A program made the position numbers and the translations under genes. From assembly GCA_039024775.1 (NCBI GenBank), contig JBCCPS010000006.1:3432-67431 (forward strand): 64,000 nucleotides of DNA. The letters run 5' to 3'. The notes beneath the pieces were generated by a model. The model did not search any database and was not told the DNA's origin. It saw only the letters and a list, made by a program, of their open reading frames with translations. This document shows, in pieces, positions 1 to 9,858 of this stretch (the first letter of the stretch is position 1; every line of letters begins with the position of its first letter). Source of the DNA: Pseudomonadota bacterium. GTDB taxonomy: Bacteria > Pseudomonadota > Alphaproteobacteria > Rhodobacterales > Rhodobacteraceae.

Positions 1-68
1 CGGGATGGCTAAAGCGGCAGGCCTTTTGCATGCCGGTGTCCGCAACCCGTCCCCGAGCACGTCCCTGA

Positions 69-503
69 TCACTGAAAAAGTTGAAAGTGGTGGCGTTCGA
101 CCTTGAGACCGCGCGCTTGAAGCGCCTCCTCAAAGGCACGATGGGGCGGGGTCGCCTCAAACGGGAGCCTGATCTTGCGGCCCGTCTGAAGCACCGCGGT
201 GGCGCGCACTGAGAAATCAAGCCGGGTGTCGAGCCGCATGTGGGCCATCTCAGAGTAAGGCAGGGTGGCGGTGCGGCGGCCTGAAAACCAGGTCATCTCG
301 TCGGCCTCCAGTGTCAGTCCCGCCTCCGGCCCCATCACCAGATCATAAAGCGCAGGCAGGGTGAACGCCGCAATCACCGCGAGGATCCAGATCGCGGCAT
401 CAAGCCAGACCCAAGCGGCAATCAGCGCGGCCCAGACGGCTGCAAAAGCCAGAAAGGTCGCGGGCGAACGGGCCGCCGTGCGGTAGGCAAAGGGTGTGTC
501 CAT
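69..503 (-). CDS. hypothetical membrane protein (two N-terminal TM helices)
   Basis: 144-aa ORF directly downstream of pepN on the same strand; hydrophobic segments followed by a soluble domain. Confidence 0.75.
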   Translation of the reverse strand: MDTPFAYRTAARSPATFLAFAAVWAALIAAWVWLDAAIWILAVIAAFTLPALYDLVMGPEAGLTLEADEMTWFSGRRTATLPYSEMAHMRLDTRLDFSVRATAVLQTGRKIRLPFEATPPHRAFEEALQARGLKVERHHFQLFQ

Positions 504-519
504 CTGCCGCCAGGCCCCC

Positions 520-3081
520 TCAGACGGGGGCGCTGCGGATGCGGGTCAGCATCTCTGTCGTGTCCCGGCTGAGATCCGGTGTGGATAGAATACGGTCCAG
601 CTCTGCCCAGATCTTGTCCTGGCGCGCCGCGTCATAACGCCGCCAGGTTTGAAACGCCGAACACATCCGCGCGGTGGTCTGGGGGTTGAGCGGATCAAGC
701 TTGATCAGCCAATCCGCGAGCAGGCGGTAGCCCGCGCCAGAGGCCTGGTGAAAGCCCGCGTGATGCATGGCCAGCATGCCCATCACCGACCGGAAGCGGT
801 TGGGGTTGCGCCAGTTGAAATCGGGATGCTCGGTCAGCTTTTGCACGACCGCGACGGTGTCCTCAGGCTCAGACTGTCCAACCTGCAGGCCGAACCATTT
901 GTCCATCACCAGCCGGTCGTCCCGCCACTGCTCTTCGAAGGCTTTCAGCTTCTCATCGCCCTTGCCAAAGCGCACCAGAGCGCCGAGAGCGCCCAGTTGT
1001 TCGGTCATGTTGTCGGCCTGGTCATAAAGTTCCGCCGCGAGCGCGCCGCCATCGCGCCGGCTGATCAGATTACGCATCGCGCCCGCGAGCGCGCGTTTGC
1101 CCGATTGTGCGGCGTCAGGCTCGTAGGCTTCCGTCACGCGGTTGGCGTCAAAGACCACGCGCGCATCCGCGCCAAAGGTGTCGGCCATCGCCTCTGTCAT
1201 CACCTCTGACGCGGCGTTGATCACATCTGGGTCGGGCGTGTGTCCTGCCTTATGCAAAAGCCCGGCCAATTCGGATTGCGTGGGCCAGCCCAGCATGAGC
1301 GCGCGCAGCGCCGGATCAAGGCTTTCATCGGTGGCGATCTTGTGCACGCCCGCCAGAAAGCCCGGGTCGGGGGCCGCGCCTTCGGTGATGATGGCCAGCA
1401 TGGAGGCACGGCCCAGCATGTTGCCCTGCTCCCACCGCACGAATGGATCGCTGTCATGGGCGAGGAGATGCGCGCGGTCCGCCGTGCTGAGCGCATGATC
1501 GAGCACGACGGGCGCCGAAAAGCCCCGCAGGACGGAGGCGACGGGACGCGCGGACAGCCCTTCAAAGGTGACCGATTGCTGCGCCTGGGTGACCTCCACC
1601 ACTTGCGTGGGCAGAACCTCCTCTCCGTCTGCGCCGATGAGCCCAAGCGCCACCGGTATCACCTGCGGCTCCGGCGCGGGCGTAGCGGTGGAGGGCGGCG
1701 TGTGCTGCGAGAAGGTGAACGTCAGCGTGCCGTCCTCAAAGGCCTCCTCCACTTTCAAATGGGGCGTGCCCGCCTGGGAATACCAGCGCTTGAACTGTGT
1801 CAGATCGCGACCCGTGGTGTCTTCAAAGACCTTGAGCCAGTCCTCAATCGTGCAGGCCTGCCCGTCGTGGCGGTCAAAATAGAGATCGAGCGCTTGCGCA
1901 TAGGCCGCATCGCCCACCAGCGTCTTGAGCATGCCGATGACCTCCGCCCCCTTTTCATAGACGGTGGCGGTGTAGAAGTTGTTGATCTCCTGAAAGCTCT
2001 CGGGCCGCACGGGATGCGCCAGCGGCCCCTGATCCTCCGGGAACTGCCGCGCGCGCAATTCAATCACGTCAGAGATGCGTTTCACTGGGGCCGAACGCAT
2101 GTCGGCGGTGAACTCACTGTCGCGGAAGACGGTGAGCCCTTCCTTGAGACACAATTGGAACCAGTCACGACAGGTGATGCGGTTGCCGGTCCAGTTGTGA
2201 AAATACTCATGGGCGATGATCGCCTCGATCCGCTCGAAATTCATGTCCGTGGACGTCTCGGGGCTGGCCAGCACGGCGGAGGAGTTGAAGATGTTGAGGC
2301 CCTTGTTCTCCATCGCGCCCATGTTGAAATCATCCACCGCAACGATGTTGAAGACATCCAGATCGTAATATCGACCGTAAACCTCCTCATCCCAGCGCAT
2401 GGAGGCCTTGAGCGCGGCCATGCCAAAGGCGCATTTGCCCTCATCGCCCGGACGGACGTAGAGATTGAGCGCGATGCTCTTGCCATCATCGCCCCGCTCA
2501 AAGCTGTCCTGATGCGCGACCAGATCGCCCGCGACAAGCGCAAAGAGGTAGGCCGGCTTGGGCCAGGGATCATGCCACTCCGCCCAGCCATCGCCCGCAG
2601 CCGTCGGGTTGCCGTTGGATAGCATCACCGGCAGATCGCTTTCGATCCGAACGGTGAAGACGCTCATCACATCGGGACGGTCGGGATAATAGGTGATCTT
2701 GCGAAAGCCCTCTGCCTCGCACTGGGTGCAGTACATGCCGTTCGACATGTAGAGCCCTTCGAGCGCGGTGTTGCCCTCTGGGTCGATCTCCACCTCCGCT
2801 TCCCAGACGAATGGCCCCGCGGGCACCGGGCAGGTCACGCCTTCGGCTGTCACCTTGGGCGTGACCGCCTGACCGTCGATCTGGGCGGAGATCAGCGTGA
2901 GCGCTTCGCCGTGCAAAAAGAAAGTGCGGTCGGTTGCCTCAGCGTTGGGGACAAAGTGGATGCGGCTTTTAACGCGGGTCGCATTGGGCGCCAGAACAAA
3001 GGTCAGGTCGACCGTTTCGGGCAAGAAACCGAAGGGCGTATAGTCTTTGAGATAGATCGTTTTGGGGGCGGCATCGCGCAT
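520..3081 (-). CDS. pepN: aminopeptidase N (M1 family)
   Basis: GAMEN and HEYFH-X18-E motifs, TQCEAEGFR; start moved to ATG at 3081 (MRDAAPKTIYL), GAGGA RBS upstream. Confidence 0.97.
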   Translation of the reverse strand: MRDAAPKTIYLKDYTPFGFLPETVDLTFVLAPNATRVKSRIHFVPNAEATDRTFFLHGEALTLISAQIDGQAVTPKVTAEGVTCPVPAGPFVWEAEVEIDPEGNTALEGLYMSNGMYCTQCEAEGFRKITYYPDRPDVMSVFTVRIESDLPVMLSNGNPTAAGDGWAEWHDPWPKPAYLFALVAGDLVAHQDSFERGDDGKSIALNLYVRPGDEGKCAFGMAALKASMRWDEEVYGRYYDLDVFNIVAVDDFNMGAMENKGLNIFNSSAVLASPETSTDMNFERIEAIIAHEYFHNWTGNRITCRDWFQLCLKEGLTVFRDSEFTADMRSAPVKRISDVIELRARQFPEDQGPLAHPVRPESFQEINNFYTATVYEKGAEVIGMLKTLVGDAAYAQALDLYFDRHDGQACTIEDWLKVFEDTTGRDLTQFKRWYSQAGTPHLKVEEAFEDGTLTFTFSQHTPPSTATPAPEPQVIPVALGLIGADGEEVLPTQVVEVTQAQQSVTFEGLSARPVASVLRGFSAPVVLDHALSTADRAHLLAHDSDPFVRWEQGNMLGRASMLAIITEGAAPDPGFLAGVHKIATDESLDPALRALMLGWPTQSELAGLLHKAGHTPDPDVINAASEVMTEAMADTFGADARVVFDANRVTEAYEPDAAQSGKRALAGAMRNLISRRDGGALAAELYDQADNMTEQLGALGALVRFGKGDEKLKAFEEQWRDDRLVMDKWFGLQVGQSEPEDTVAVVQKLTEHPDFNWRNPNRFRSVMGMLAMHHAGFHQASGAGYRLLADWLIKLDPLNPQTTARMCSAFQTWRRYDAARQDKIWAELDRILSTPDLSRDTTEMLTRIRSAPV

Positions 3082-3098
3082 CGAACGTCCTCGGCTTT

Positions 3099-3123
3099 GG
3101 AACACATCAGCAGCTGCGACGTT
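3099..3123 (+). promoter_or_regulatory. EcfG (general stress ECF sigma)-type promoter
   Basis: GGAAC(3099-3103)-N16-CGTT(3120-3123) matches the alphaproteobacterial EcfG consensus; 60 bp upstream of the small ORF at 3183. Confidence 0.65.
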
Positions 3124-3182
3124 AAACTGTCATTGCTTGAGGGCAAGGCAAGTCCGCAAGCGCTGACCAAAAGGAGAAAGCA

Positions 3183-3371
3183 ATGTCCGCACCCGATACA
3201 AACGTCGACAAGCAACGCATCCGCCATGCGCCTGCGCTTTTGGGGATCAAGGGGGTGATGCTTTTTGGGGCTGCCATGCTGGTGGCCATCGTGGGTTACG
3301 CGCTGCTGGACAGCGAGACGTCCGGGGCGACTGCCTATGACCCTGCAGCCGCCGCCGCCACAACGGACTGA
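3183..3371 (+). CDS. small single-TM hypothetical protein
   Basis: strong AAGGAGA RBS; 62 aa with one central hydrophobic helix. Confidence 0.75.
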   Translation: MSAPDTNVDKQRIRHAPALLGIKGVMLFGAAMLVAIVGYALLDSETSGATAYDPAAAAATTD

Positions 3372-3426
3372 AAGCCAGGCAGAGTGCCCTACATGAAGCG
3401 TGCACTTCAGCTAGAAAGAGAAGCCC

Positions 3427-3570
3427 GTGGCCAAGATGCGCAAAAAGTCCGACCTTCCCACGAAAGTGTGTGACGCCTGCGGGCGGCCTTTCACATGGCG
3501 CAAAAAATGGGCAAAAGTCTGGGAGGATGTGCGCTATTGCTCGCGCAGTTGCCGGGACAAACGCTCTTAG
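3427..3570 (+). CDS. DUF2256-family small Cys-rich protein (absent from ORF track)
   Basis: manual translation from GTG: [47 protein letters not shown]; CxxC...CxxxC and WRKKW motifs. Confidence 0.88.
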   Translation: MAKMRKKSDLPTKVCDACGRPFTWRKKWAKVWEDVRYCSRSCRDKRS

Positions 3571-3662
3571 GCGGGTCATTAGCGCGCCAAAGTGCTCACC
3601 GGTTGAGCAAACCGCCGGTGCGCCCTATGTTCTGGCAAAAGCCAGCAATCAAAGGTGCGCGC

Positions 3663-4439
3663 ATGTCACGGCCCGTCGTGGGGATCATCGGAAATACCTA
3701 TCTTCTGAACGATCAATATCCGGCCCATGCCGGTGGCAGTATGAATTCGCATGCCGTGGCAGAGGTATCGGGCTGCGTGCCCTTGATCATCCCCAGCGAT
3801 CCCGCTTTCGTCAGCGTGGGCGAATTGCTCGACATTTGTGATGGTTTTCTGCTCACAGGTGGACGCCCGAATGTGCATCCTGAAGAATACGGGGAGGTGG
3901 AAACAGCGGCCCATGGGGAGTTTGACCGTGCCAGGGATGCGATTGCGCTGCCGCTGGTGCGCGCCTGTGTAGAACGCGGACAGCCGATTTTTGGCGTTTG
4001 CCGCGGCTTTCAGGAAGTAAACGTCGCGATGGGGGGCACGTTATACCCTGAGATACGCGACCTGCCGGGACGCATGAACCACCGCATGCCGCCGGACGGC
4101 ACGCTGGAAGAAAAGTTTGAGCTGCGCCATGACGTGAGTTTTTCCTCCGGGGGCCCCTTTGCTCATATTTTAGGCGACACCCGCGTGCGGACGAACACGT
4201 TACATGGGCAAGGCATCAAAGAGGCCGGGCCCCGCGTTGTGATCGACGGCTATGCGGACGATGGCACGCCGGAGGCGATCTACATCGATGGTGCGCCCGG
4301 TTTCACCCTTTCTGTGCAATGGCACCCGGAATGGAATGCTGAAAGGGATCCGGTGTCTCGCAAGCTCTTTGCCGCCTTTGGCGATGCTGTACGAGAATGG
4401 TCTTCAGGCACAACGCGCCCAGCCCTCAAGGCAGTCTGA
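3663..4439 (+). CDS. gamma-glutamyl-gamma-aminobutyrate hydrolase family (peptidase C26, class I glutamine amidotransferase fold)
   Basis: GVCRGFQE nucleophile motif and VQWHPE; start at MSRPVVGIIG. Confidence 0.9.
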   Translation: MSRPVVGIIGNTYLLNDQYPAHAGGSMNSHAVAEVSGCVPLIIPSDPAFVSVGELLDICDGFLLTGGRPNVHPEEYGEVETAAHGEFDRARDAIALPLVRACVERGQPIFGVCRGFQEVNVAMGGTLYPEIRDLPGRMNHRMPPDGTLEEKFELRHDVSFSSGGPFAHILGDTRVRTNTLHGQGIKEAGPRVVIDGYADDGTPEAIYIDGAPGFTLSVQWHPEWNAERDPVSRKLFAAFGDAVREWSSGTTRPALKAV

Positions 4440-5037
4440 CCGCCGCCGCACACTGCTGAGAAGTTCCGCCCTCGGGCAGGGGAATGCGCGCGGCTGAGCC
4501 ATGCACGTATTTCTGACCCAAGGACGCAGCAGGCATTTGCAGAACCAGCGGCTTGATCTTGGTTATCGCGCGCTGTTTGTCCCGATGGATTGAGGAATGC
4601 GGCCATCCTTCTGGCGCGGCGCAAAGCCCCGCTTGCACAGGGCTTGCATGAATAAGCGCGCGGTGGCGGGCGAAATCCTCTGCGCTGTGGATGGCATGAT
4701 GCCAGGCACGATGCTGCCAGATGCCCTTGGCCCCGCGCCGTCTTTGTCGGGCAGTACGGGTGACAGGGTCTGGCACACCGCGCGAAAAGATCGATTTGAT
4801 CATATCCCAGCGCAGCGCGTGATTGGTATCACCTCCAGGCAGTGTCCAGATCGTATGAACCGCAGCTGGGAGAACGGCGATCGCGTCGATCTGAAACGGG
4901 TAGCGCGCGATGGTCCGGCGCATTGCGTCGCGCAACCTGTCCACCTCATCTGTCAAAAGCGTGCTGGCGCTGTCGGTCAATCGCGCGGAGAAGAAGAATA
5001 CGCCGTTCGGAGCGGGATGTGCTGTGATGCTGTCCAT
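4426..5037 (-). CDS. REP-associated tyrosine transposase (RAYT/Y1 HUH) homologue, apparently catalytically inactive
   Basis: matches the RAYT pattern (GVFFFS, PFQIDA, HTIWTLPGGD, RWDMIKSIFSR, GIWQHRAWHH, GWPHSS), but HUH reads AVH and the YIHxNP catalytic motif reads LIHASP. Confidence 0.85.
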   Translation of the reverse strand: MDSITAHPAPNGVFFFSARLTDSASTLLTDEVDRLRDAMRRTIARYPFQIDAIAVLPAAVHTIWTLPGGDTNHALRWDMIKSIFSRGVPDPVTRTARQRRRGAKGIWQHRAWHHAIHSAEDFARHRALIHASPVQAGLCAAPEGWPHSSIHRDKQRAITKIKPLVLQMPAASLGQKYVHGSAARIPLPEGGTSQQCAAAVRLP

Positions 5038-5060
5038 AAAAGCGTTTTAGGTTCATTATG

Positions 5061-5077
5061 GTTAACACGCGCTTAAC
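5061..5077. promoter_or_regulatory. CtrA-binding full site
   Basis: GTTAACACGCGCTTAAC = TTAA-N7-TTAAC on both strands, about 25 bp upstream of the RAYT-like start codon. Confidence 0.7.
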
Positions 5078-5107
5078 GCCATCCGCGCCCCAACAGCACC
5101 AAACCGC

Positions 5108-5860
5108 TCACATCTGCCCGCCGGCAATTTCGATGCACTGGCCGTTCACGCTTTCAGAGCCCGGGGCCACCAGCCAGGCGGCAGCGGCTGCGACCTCCTC
5201 AGGGGCGATGAGACGCTGGTGGCGGTTGGCCTTGACCATCATCGCGCGCGCCTCCTCCTCGCTGACGCCCGCGCGCTGGGCGATGGAGGTGGTGTTGCGT
5301 TCCACAATGGGCGTGTCGACATAGGCCGGGCAGATCGCGTTGAAGGTAATGGGCTGGCCCATGTAATCCTCCGACAGCGCCCGGATCAGCCCGATCATGC
5401 CGTGTTTTGAGGCCGTATAGCAGGCCGCGCCCGGCAATCCGCGCACTCCGGCAATGGACGATATCGCGATCACCCGGCCCCAGTCGGTCTGACGCATGGA
5501 GCTCAGGCATTCGCGGATCGTGAGAAAGGCGCCGTCCAGATTGGTGCCCATCATGTTGCGCCAGAAATCCATCGAGGTCTTGTGCAGCGCCTTGCCCTCC
5601 GCGATCCCAGCGTTTGGCACGCAGATCTGGATGGGGCCGTGCTGGTCCACCGCCTGGGCCACCTTGGCCACCACATCCGCCTCATTGCGCACGTCCATCG
5701 CAAGCCCGGTGATGCGCTCCTCCGCCACCGCGTCAAGCACCTCCTGCCGCCGTCCCGTAATGGTGACCTGAGCGCCCCGCGCCGCCAAATCGCGCGCAAT
5801 GGCCAGCCCGATGCCCGTGCCGCCGCCAGTAATAAGTGCGTGTTTGCCTGCCAGTGTCAT
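5108..5860 (-). CDS. SDR family NAD(P)-dependent oxidoreductase
   Basis: TGGGTGIG, PNAG and YTASK motifs. Confidence 0.93.
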   Translation of the reverse strand: MTLAGKHALITGGGTGIGLAIARDLAARGAQVTITGRRQEVLDAVAEERITGLAMDVRNEADVVAKVAQAVDQHGPIQICVPNAGIAEGKALHKTSMDFWRNMMGTNLDGAFLTIRECLSSMRQTDWGRVIAISSIAGVRGLPGAACYTASKHGMIGLIRALSEDYMGQPITFNAICPAYVDTPIVERNTTSIAQRAGVSEEEARAMMVKANRHQRLIAPEEVAAAAAWLVAPGSESVNGQCIEIAGGQM

Positions 5861-5912
5861 CTTGTCCTCCCGCTGGTCCTGCGCCAGCCTAGCGCCCGAG
5901 GGGGGCCGCGCA

Positions 5913-6395
5913 ATGGGCCATTGGCTGAAAACAGACGGGCTGACGATACGTCAGATGGTGGATTTGCCGCCCGTCTGGCTCATCGGGGCAATTCTGCTGG
6001 TCTGGGGCCAGGCCCAGGTTTGGCCCGGTGGCACCATCGTTTTGCCCGGCCAGTCCATCTTGTCCGCCGCGTTTTTCTGGTGTGGGCTTGCCCTGATGGG
6101 CTGGGCCATATGGAGCTTCAGGCAGGCGCGCACCAGCGTGATCCCGCATCAGACGCCCGTGCGCATTATCACCTCTGGGCCCTTCCGGTTCAGCCGCAAT
6201 CCGATCTATCTGGGCGATCTAATGGTGTTGGCCGGGGTGATCCTGGGGCAGGGGGCCTGGCCCTCGGTGATCCTGCTGCCGCTGTTGATGGTGATTCTGC
6301 AAAGACGTTTTATTGCGCAAGAAGAGGCGCGAATGAAAGATAATTTCGGACAGGAGTTTGCGGCCTACGCCCAAAAAACACGCCGCTGGCTGTGA
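5913..6395 (+). CDS. isoprenylcysteine carboxylmethyltransferase/PEMT-family membrane protein
   Basis: GPFRFSRNPIYLG and EE...FG..F..Y....RRWL motifs; start uncertain (5913 or 5956). Confidence 0.85.
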   Translation: MGHWLKTDGLTIRQMVDLPPVWLIGAILLVWGQAQVWPGGTIVLPGQSILSAAFFWCGLALMGWAIWSFRQARTSVIPHQTPVRIITSGPFRFSRNPIYLGDLMVLAGVILGQGAWPSVILLPLLMVILQRRFIAQEEARMKDNFGQEFAAYAQKTRRWL

Positions 6396-6521
6396 AATCC
6401 GCCAAAACCGGCGGCATTTGCTGTGCCTGCGCTTGTTTACCCTCGATCTGCGCGCTAGATGCAGCGCCAGCAAAAAAGGCGCTCCGGCGTCGTCGGGACC
6501 ATAAAGAAGAGGGGGTTGCGG

Positions 6522-8105
6522 GTGAAAATCGGGACACCGAAGGAATTGTTCGAGGGCGAAAACCGGGTCGCGATGACGCCCGATTCCGCACAGGCCCTGC
6601 AAAAACTAGGCCACACCTGCCTGATCGAGGCGGGTGCTGGCATGAAGGCTGGATTTGCGGATGCCGATTACGAGGCCGCGGGCGTTGAGGTCGTTAAGAC
6701 TGCCGCAGCGCTATGGAAGGGCGCAGAAATCGTCGCGAAGGTGCGCGCGCCAGATGACGCAGAGATGAAGCACTTGAGCGCTGGTCAAACGCTCATTTCC
6801 TTCTTCAACCCCGGTGGTAATGAGGCTGGGTTGGAAGCGGCGGCCAAAACGGGTGCGACCGTGATCGCTATGGAGATGATCCCCCGTATTTCCCGCGCCC
6901 AGAAGATGGACGCGCTCTCATCCATGGCCAATATCGCGGGCTATCGCGCTGTGATCGAGGCGGGCAATAACTTTGGCCGTTTCTTCACCGGGCAAATCAC
7001 CGCTGCGGGCAAGGTCCCGCCGGCAAAGGTGCTGGTCGTGGGTGCGGGCGTGGCGGGGCTCGCTGCCATCGGGACCTCCACCAGCCTCGGCGCGATTACC
7101 TACGCCTTTGACGTGCGGCCCGAAGTGGCCGAACAGGTCGAATCGATGGGGGCTGAATTCGTCTATCTCGATTTCGAGGAAGAGCAGCAGGACGGCGCGG
7201 TGACGGGCGGCTATGCCTCCGTCTCCTCCCCTGAGTTCCGCGAGGCGCAGCTGGCCAAGTTCCGCGAACTGGCGCCTGAGGTGGACATCGTGATCACCAC
7301 CGCGCTCATCCCCAACCGCGAAGCGCCTGAGCTTTGGACCGAGGACATGGTCAAGGCGATGAAGGCGGGCTCCGTGATCGTAGACCTTGCGGCTGAGAAG
7401 GGCGGCAACTGCAAGCTGACCGTGATGGACGAAAAGATCGTCACCGACAATGGCGTGACCATCATTGGCTACACCGATTTCCCCAGCCGAATGGCCACCC
7501 AGTCTTCCAGCCTTTATGCCACCAATATCAGGCACTTGATGACCGATCTTACACCGGAAAAAGACGGTGTGGTCGTGCATGACATGGAAGACGACGTGAT
7601 CCGGGGCGCGACCGTGACCCACGACAAAGAGGTCACCTATCCGCCGCCCCCGCCCAAGATTAATGCAATTGCCCAGCAAAAGAACAAGCCGCAGCCCCCG
7701 AAGGAGCTGACGCCTGAAGAAAAGCGCGCCGCAGAGGTCGCGGCCTTCAAGACGCAGACCCGCAATCAGGTGGGCATGCTGGCTGTCGGTGGCGCGCTGG
7801 TGCTGGGGGTGGGGCTGATCCCCGGCATGCCTGCGAGCTTCATGCAGCACTTCATCGTCTTCGTGCTCTCCGTCTTCATCGGTTTCCAGGTGATCTGGAA
7901 CGTGGCCCATTCGCTGCACACGCCGCTGATGGCCGTGACCAACGCGATCTCCTCGATCATCATTCTGGGCGCGCTCATTCAGATCGGCTCCACCTCGGCG
8001 CTGATCTCGATCCTGGCCGCACTTGGCATTCTCATGGCCGCCGTGAACATCTTCGGCGGTTTCCTCGTGACACGGCGCATGCTCGCCATGTTCCAGAAGT
8101 CTTAA
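6522..8105 (+). CDS. pntA: NAD(P) transhydrogenase subunit alpha
   Basis: [33 protein letters not shown]; GTG start at 6522. Confidence 0.96.
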   Translation: MKIGTPKELFEGENRVAMTPDSAQALQKLGHTCLIEAGAGMKAGFADADYEAAGVEVVKTAAALWKGAEIVAKVRAPDDAEMKHLSAGQTLISFFNPGGNEAGLEAAAKTGATVIAMEMIPRISRAQKMDALSSMANIAGYRAVIEAGNNFGRFFTGQITAAGKVPPAKVLVVGAGVAGLAAIGTSTSLGAITYAFDVRPEVAEQVESMGAEFVYLDFEEEQQDGAVTGGYASVSSPEFREAQLAKFRELAPEVDIVITTALIPNREAPELWTEDMVKAMKAGSVIVDLAAEKGGNCKLTVMDEKIVTDNGVTIIGYTDFPSRMATQSSSLYATNIRHLMTDLTPEKDGVVVHDMEDDVIRGATVTHDKEVTYPPPPPKINAIAQQKNKPQPPKELTPEEKRAAEVAAFKTQTRNQVGMLAVGGALVLGVGLIPGMPASFMQHFIVFVLSVFIGFQVIWNVAHSLHTPLMAVTNAISSIIILGALIQIGSTSALISILAALGILMAAVNIFGGFLVTRRMLAMFQKS

Positions 8106-8118
8106 AGGAGCAGGCGTC

Positions 8119-9639
8119 ATGGAAAACGCATTCACAATCGCGGCTTACGTCGTCGCAGGCGTCCTCTTCATCCTTTCTCTGGGCGGTCTTTCGGGCCAGG
8201 AAAGCGCCAAACGTGCCGTCTGGTACGGCATTGTAGGCATGGCTATAGCCGTGCTGGCAACGCTTGTCGGGCCGGGCTCTGGTCTGGCGCTTTTGTCCAT
8301 CGTGATGATCATCATCGGCGCTGCCGTGGGTTACCAGCTGGCCACGCGGGTTGAGATGACGCAGATGCCCGAACTTGTGGCGATCATGCACTCCCTCGTG
8401 GGTCTGGCGGCGGTCTTCGTGGGCTTTAACGCGGACATCATGATCAACTATATCGGTGCGCTTTACGAGGCTGAGGGCCTCGTGATGGGGGCCACGCAGG
8501 AGGGCGGCATCACCGCCATCGGCCTGCCCAAAGAGATGTACGACGGGCTCTCCGCCTTTGGTCAGCTCATCGCCAAAAAGTCTTCCGTTGAGATCGGCAT
8601 CCTGCGGGTGGAGCTGGTGCTGGGCATCTGGATCGGCGCGGTCACCTTCACCGGGTCGGTCATCGCCTACGCCAAATTGGCGGGCGGCTCTTCCCTGTTG
8701 CCGTTCCCCATCGACACGGGCGCCAAGCAGCTGCCGGGCGGGCATATCCTGAACGCAGGCGCGGCCGCGCTCTCCGTGCTTTTGCTGATCGTCTACCTCT
8801 CTGGCGGCGGGTCCTGGGCGTTGGTGCTCTTGACCCTCGCGGGGCTCTTCATCGGGTATCACCTGATCATGGGCATCGGCGGCGCGGACATGCCTGTCGT
8901 CGTCTCTATGCTCAACAGCTACTCGGGCTGGGCGGCGGCGGCGATTGGCTTTTCGCTCGGCAATGACCTCCTGATCGTGGTGGGCGCGCTGGTGGGCTCC
9001 TCGGGTGCGATCCTGAGCTACATCATGTGCAAGGCGATGAACCGCAGCTTCGTCTCCGTGATCCTCGGCGGTTGGGGCGGCGCTGCTGCAGGCGAGCAGA
9101 TGGCCGTGGAAGGCGAGCAGATCGCCATTGAAGCCGACGGCGTGGCACAGGCCCTCAACGAGGCGGACAGCGTGATCATCATCCCGGGCTACGGCATGGC
9201 CGTGGCCCAGGCGCAAGGGGCGGTGAGCGAACTGGTCAAGAAGCTGCGCGCCAAAGGCAAGGAGGTGCGTTTCGCCATCCACCCCGTCGCAGGCCGTTTG
9301 CCGGGGCACATGAACGTGCTTTTGGCTGAAGCCAAGGTGCCCTATGACATCGTGCTGGAGATGGATGAGATCAACGAGGACTTCCCCGAAACGGATGTCT
9401 CCATCGTGATCGGCTCCAACGACATCGTGAACCCGGCGGCTCAGGACGATCCGAACTCGCCCATCGCGGGCATGCCGGTGCTGGAGTGCTGGAAGTCCAA
9501 GCAGGTCTTCGTCTCCAAGCGGGGGCAGGGCACGGGCTATTCAGGCATCGAGAACCCGCTGTTCTTTAAGGAGAACACGCGCATGTTCTATGGCGACGCC
9601 AAGGCGAGCCTCGACAAGCTGCTGCCGATGATTGATTAA
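8119..9639 (+). CDS. pntB: NAD(P) transhydrogenase subunit beta
   Basis: [17 protein letters not shown] and [18 protein letters not shown]; AAGGAG RBS. Confidence 0.97.
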   Translation: MENAFTIAAYVVAGVLFILSLGGLSGQESAKRAVWYGIVGMAIAVLATLVGPGSGLALLSIVMIIIGAAVGYQLATRVEMTQMPELVAIMHSLVGLAAVFVGFNADIMINYIGALYEAEGLVMGATQEGGITAIGLPKEMYDGLSAFGQLIAKKSSVEIGILRVELVLGIWIGAVTFTGSVIAYAKLAGGSSLLPFPIDTGAKQLPGGHILNAGAAALSVLLLIVYLSGGGSWALVLLTLAGLFIGYHLIMGIGGADMPVVVSMLNSYSGWAAAAIGFSLGNDLLIVVGALVGSSGAILSYIMCKAMNRSFVSVILGGWGGAAAGEQMAVEGEQIAIEADGVAQALNEADSVIIIPGYGMAVAQAQGAVSELVKKLRAKGKEVRFAIHPVAGRLPGHMNVLLAEAKVPYDIVLEMDEINEDFPETDVSIVIGSNDIVNPAAQDDPNSPIAGMPVLECWKSKQVFVSKRGQGTGYSGIENPLFFKENTRMFYGDAKASLDKLLPMID

Positions 9640-9686
9640 CGCACCTCCCTTGCGATGATTGACTGACAAGTGTTGCACAATCTTTG

Positions 9687-9715
9687 AAAGGCCGGGCCAT
9701 CGTGCCCGGCCTTTT
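9687..9715 (+). terminator. intrinsic terminator after pntAB
   Basis: AAAGGCCGGGC-catcgt-GCCCGGCCTTTT. Confidence 0.75.
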
Positions 9716-9858
9716 GCATCCAAATTGGGCAAGTGTACCTTCGTATACCGTTAACAATCTGAATCTTATTGATTTTTAGCCTGTCCGCACCCAGGTACTG
9801 GCCTAGCTTTCCGGACAGGAGGACGACGGTGATGAAACCTGATAAGATGGCCCATTTC

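Noticed and set aside
4426-5037. Active IS200/IS605 or RAYT mobile element
   Set aside because: The catalytic HUH and Tyr motifs are absent, and there are no flanking REPs, subterminal hairpins or tnpB.
9749-9765. GTTAAC as a CtrA site before the DUF3422 gene
   Set aside because: Half-site only, with no correctly spaced second TTAA.
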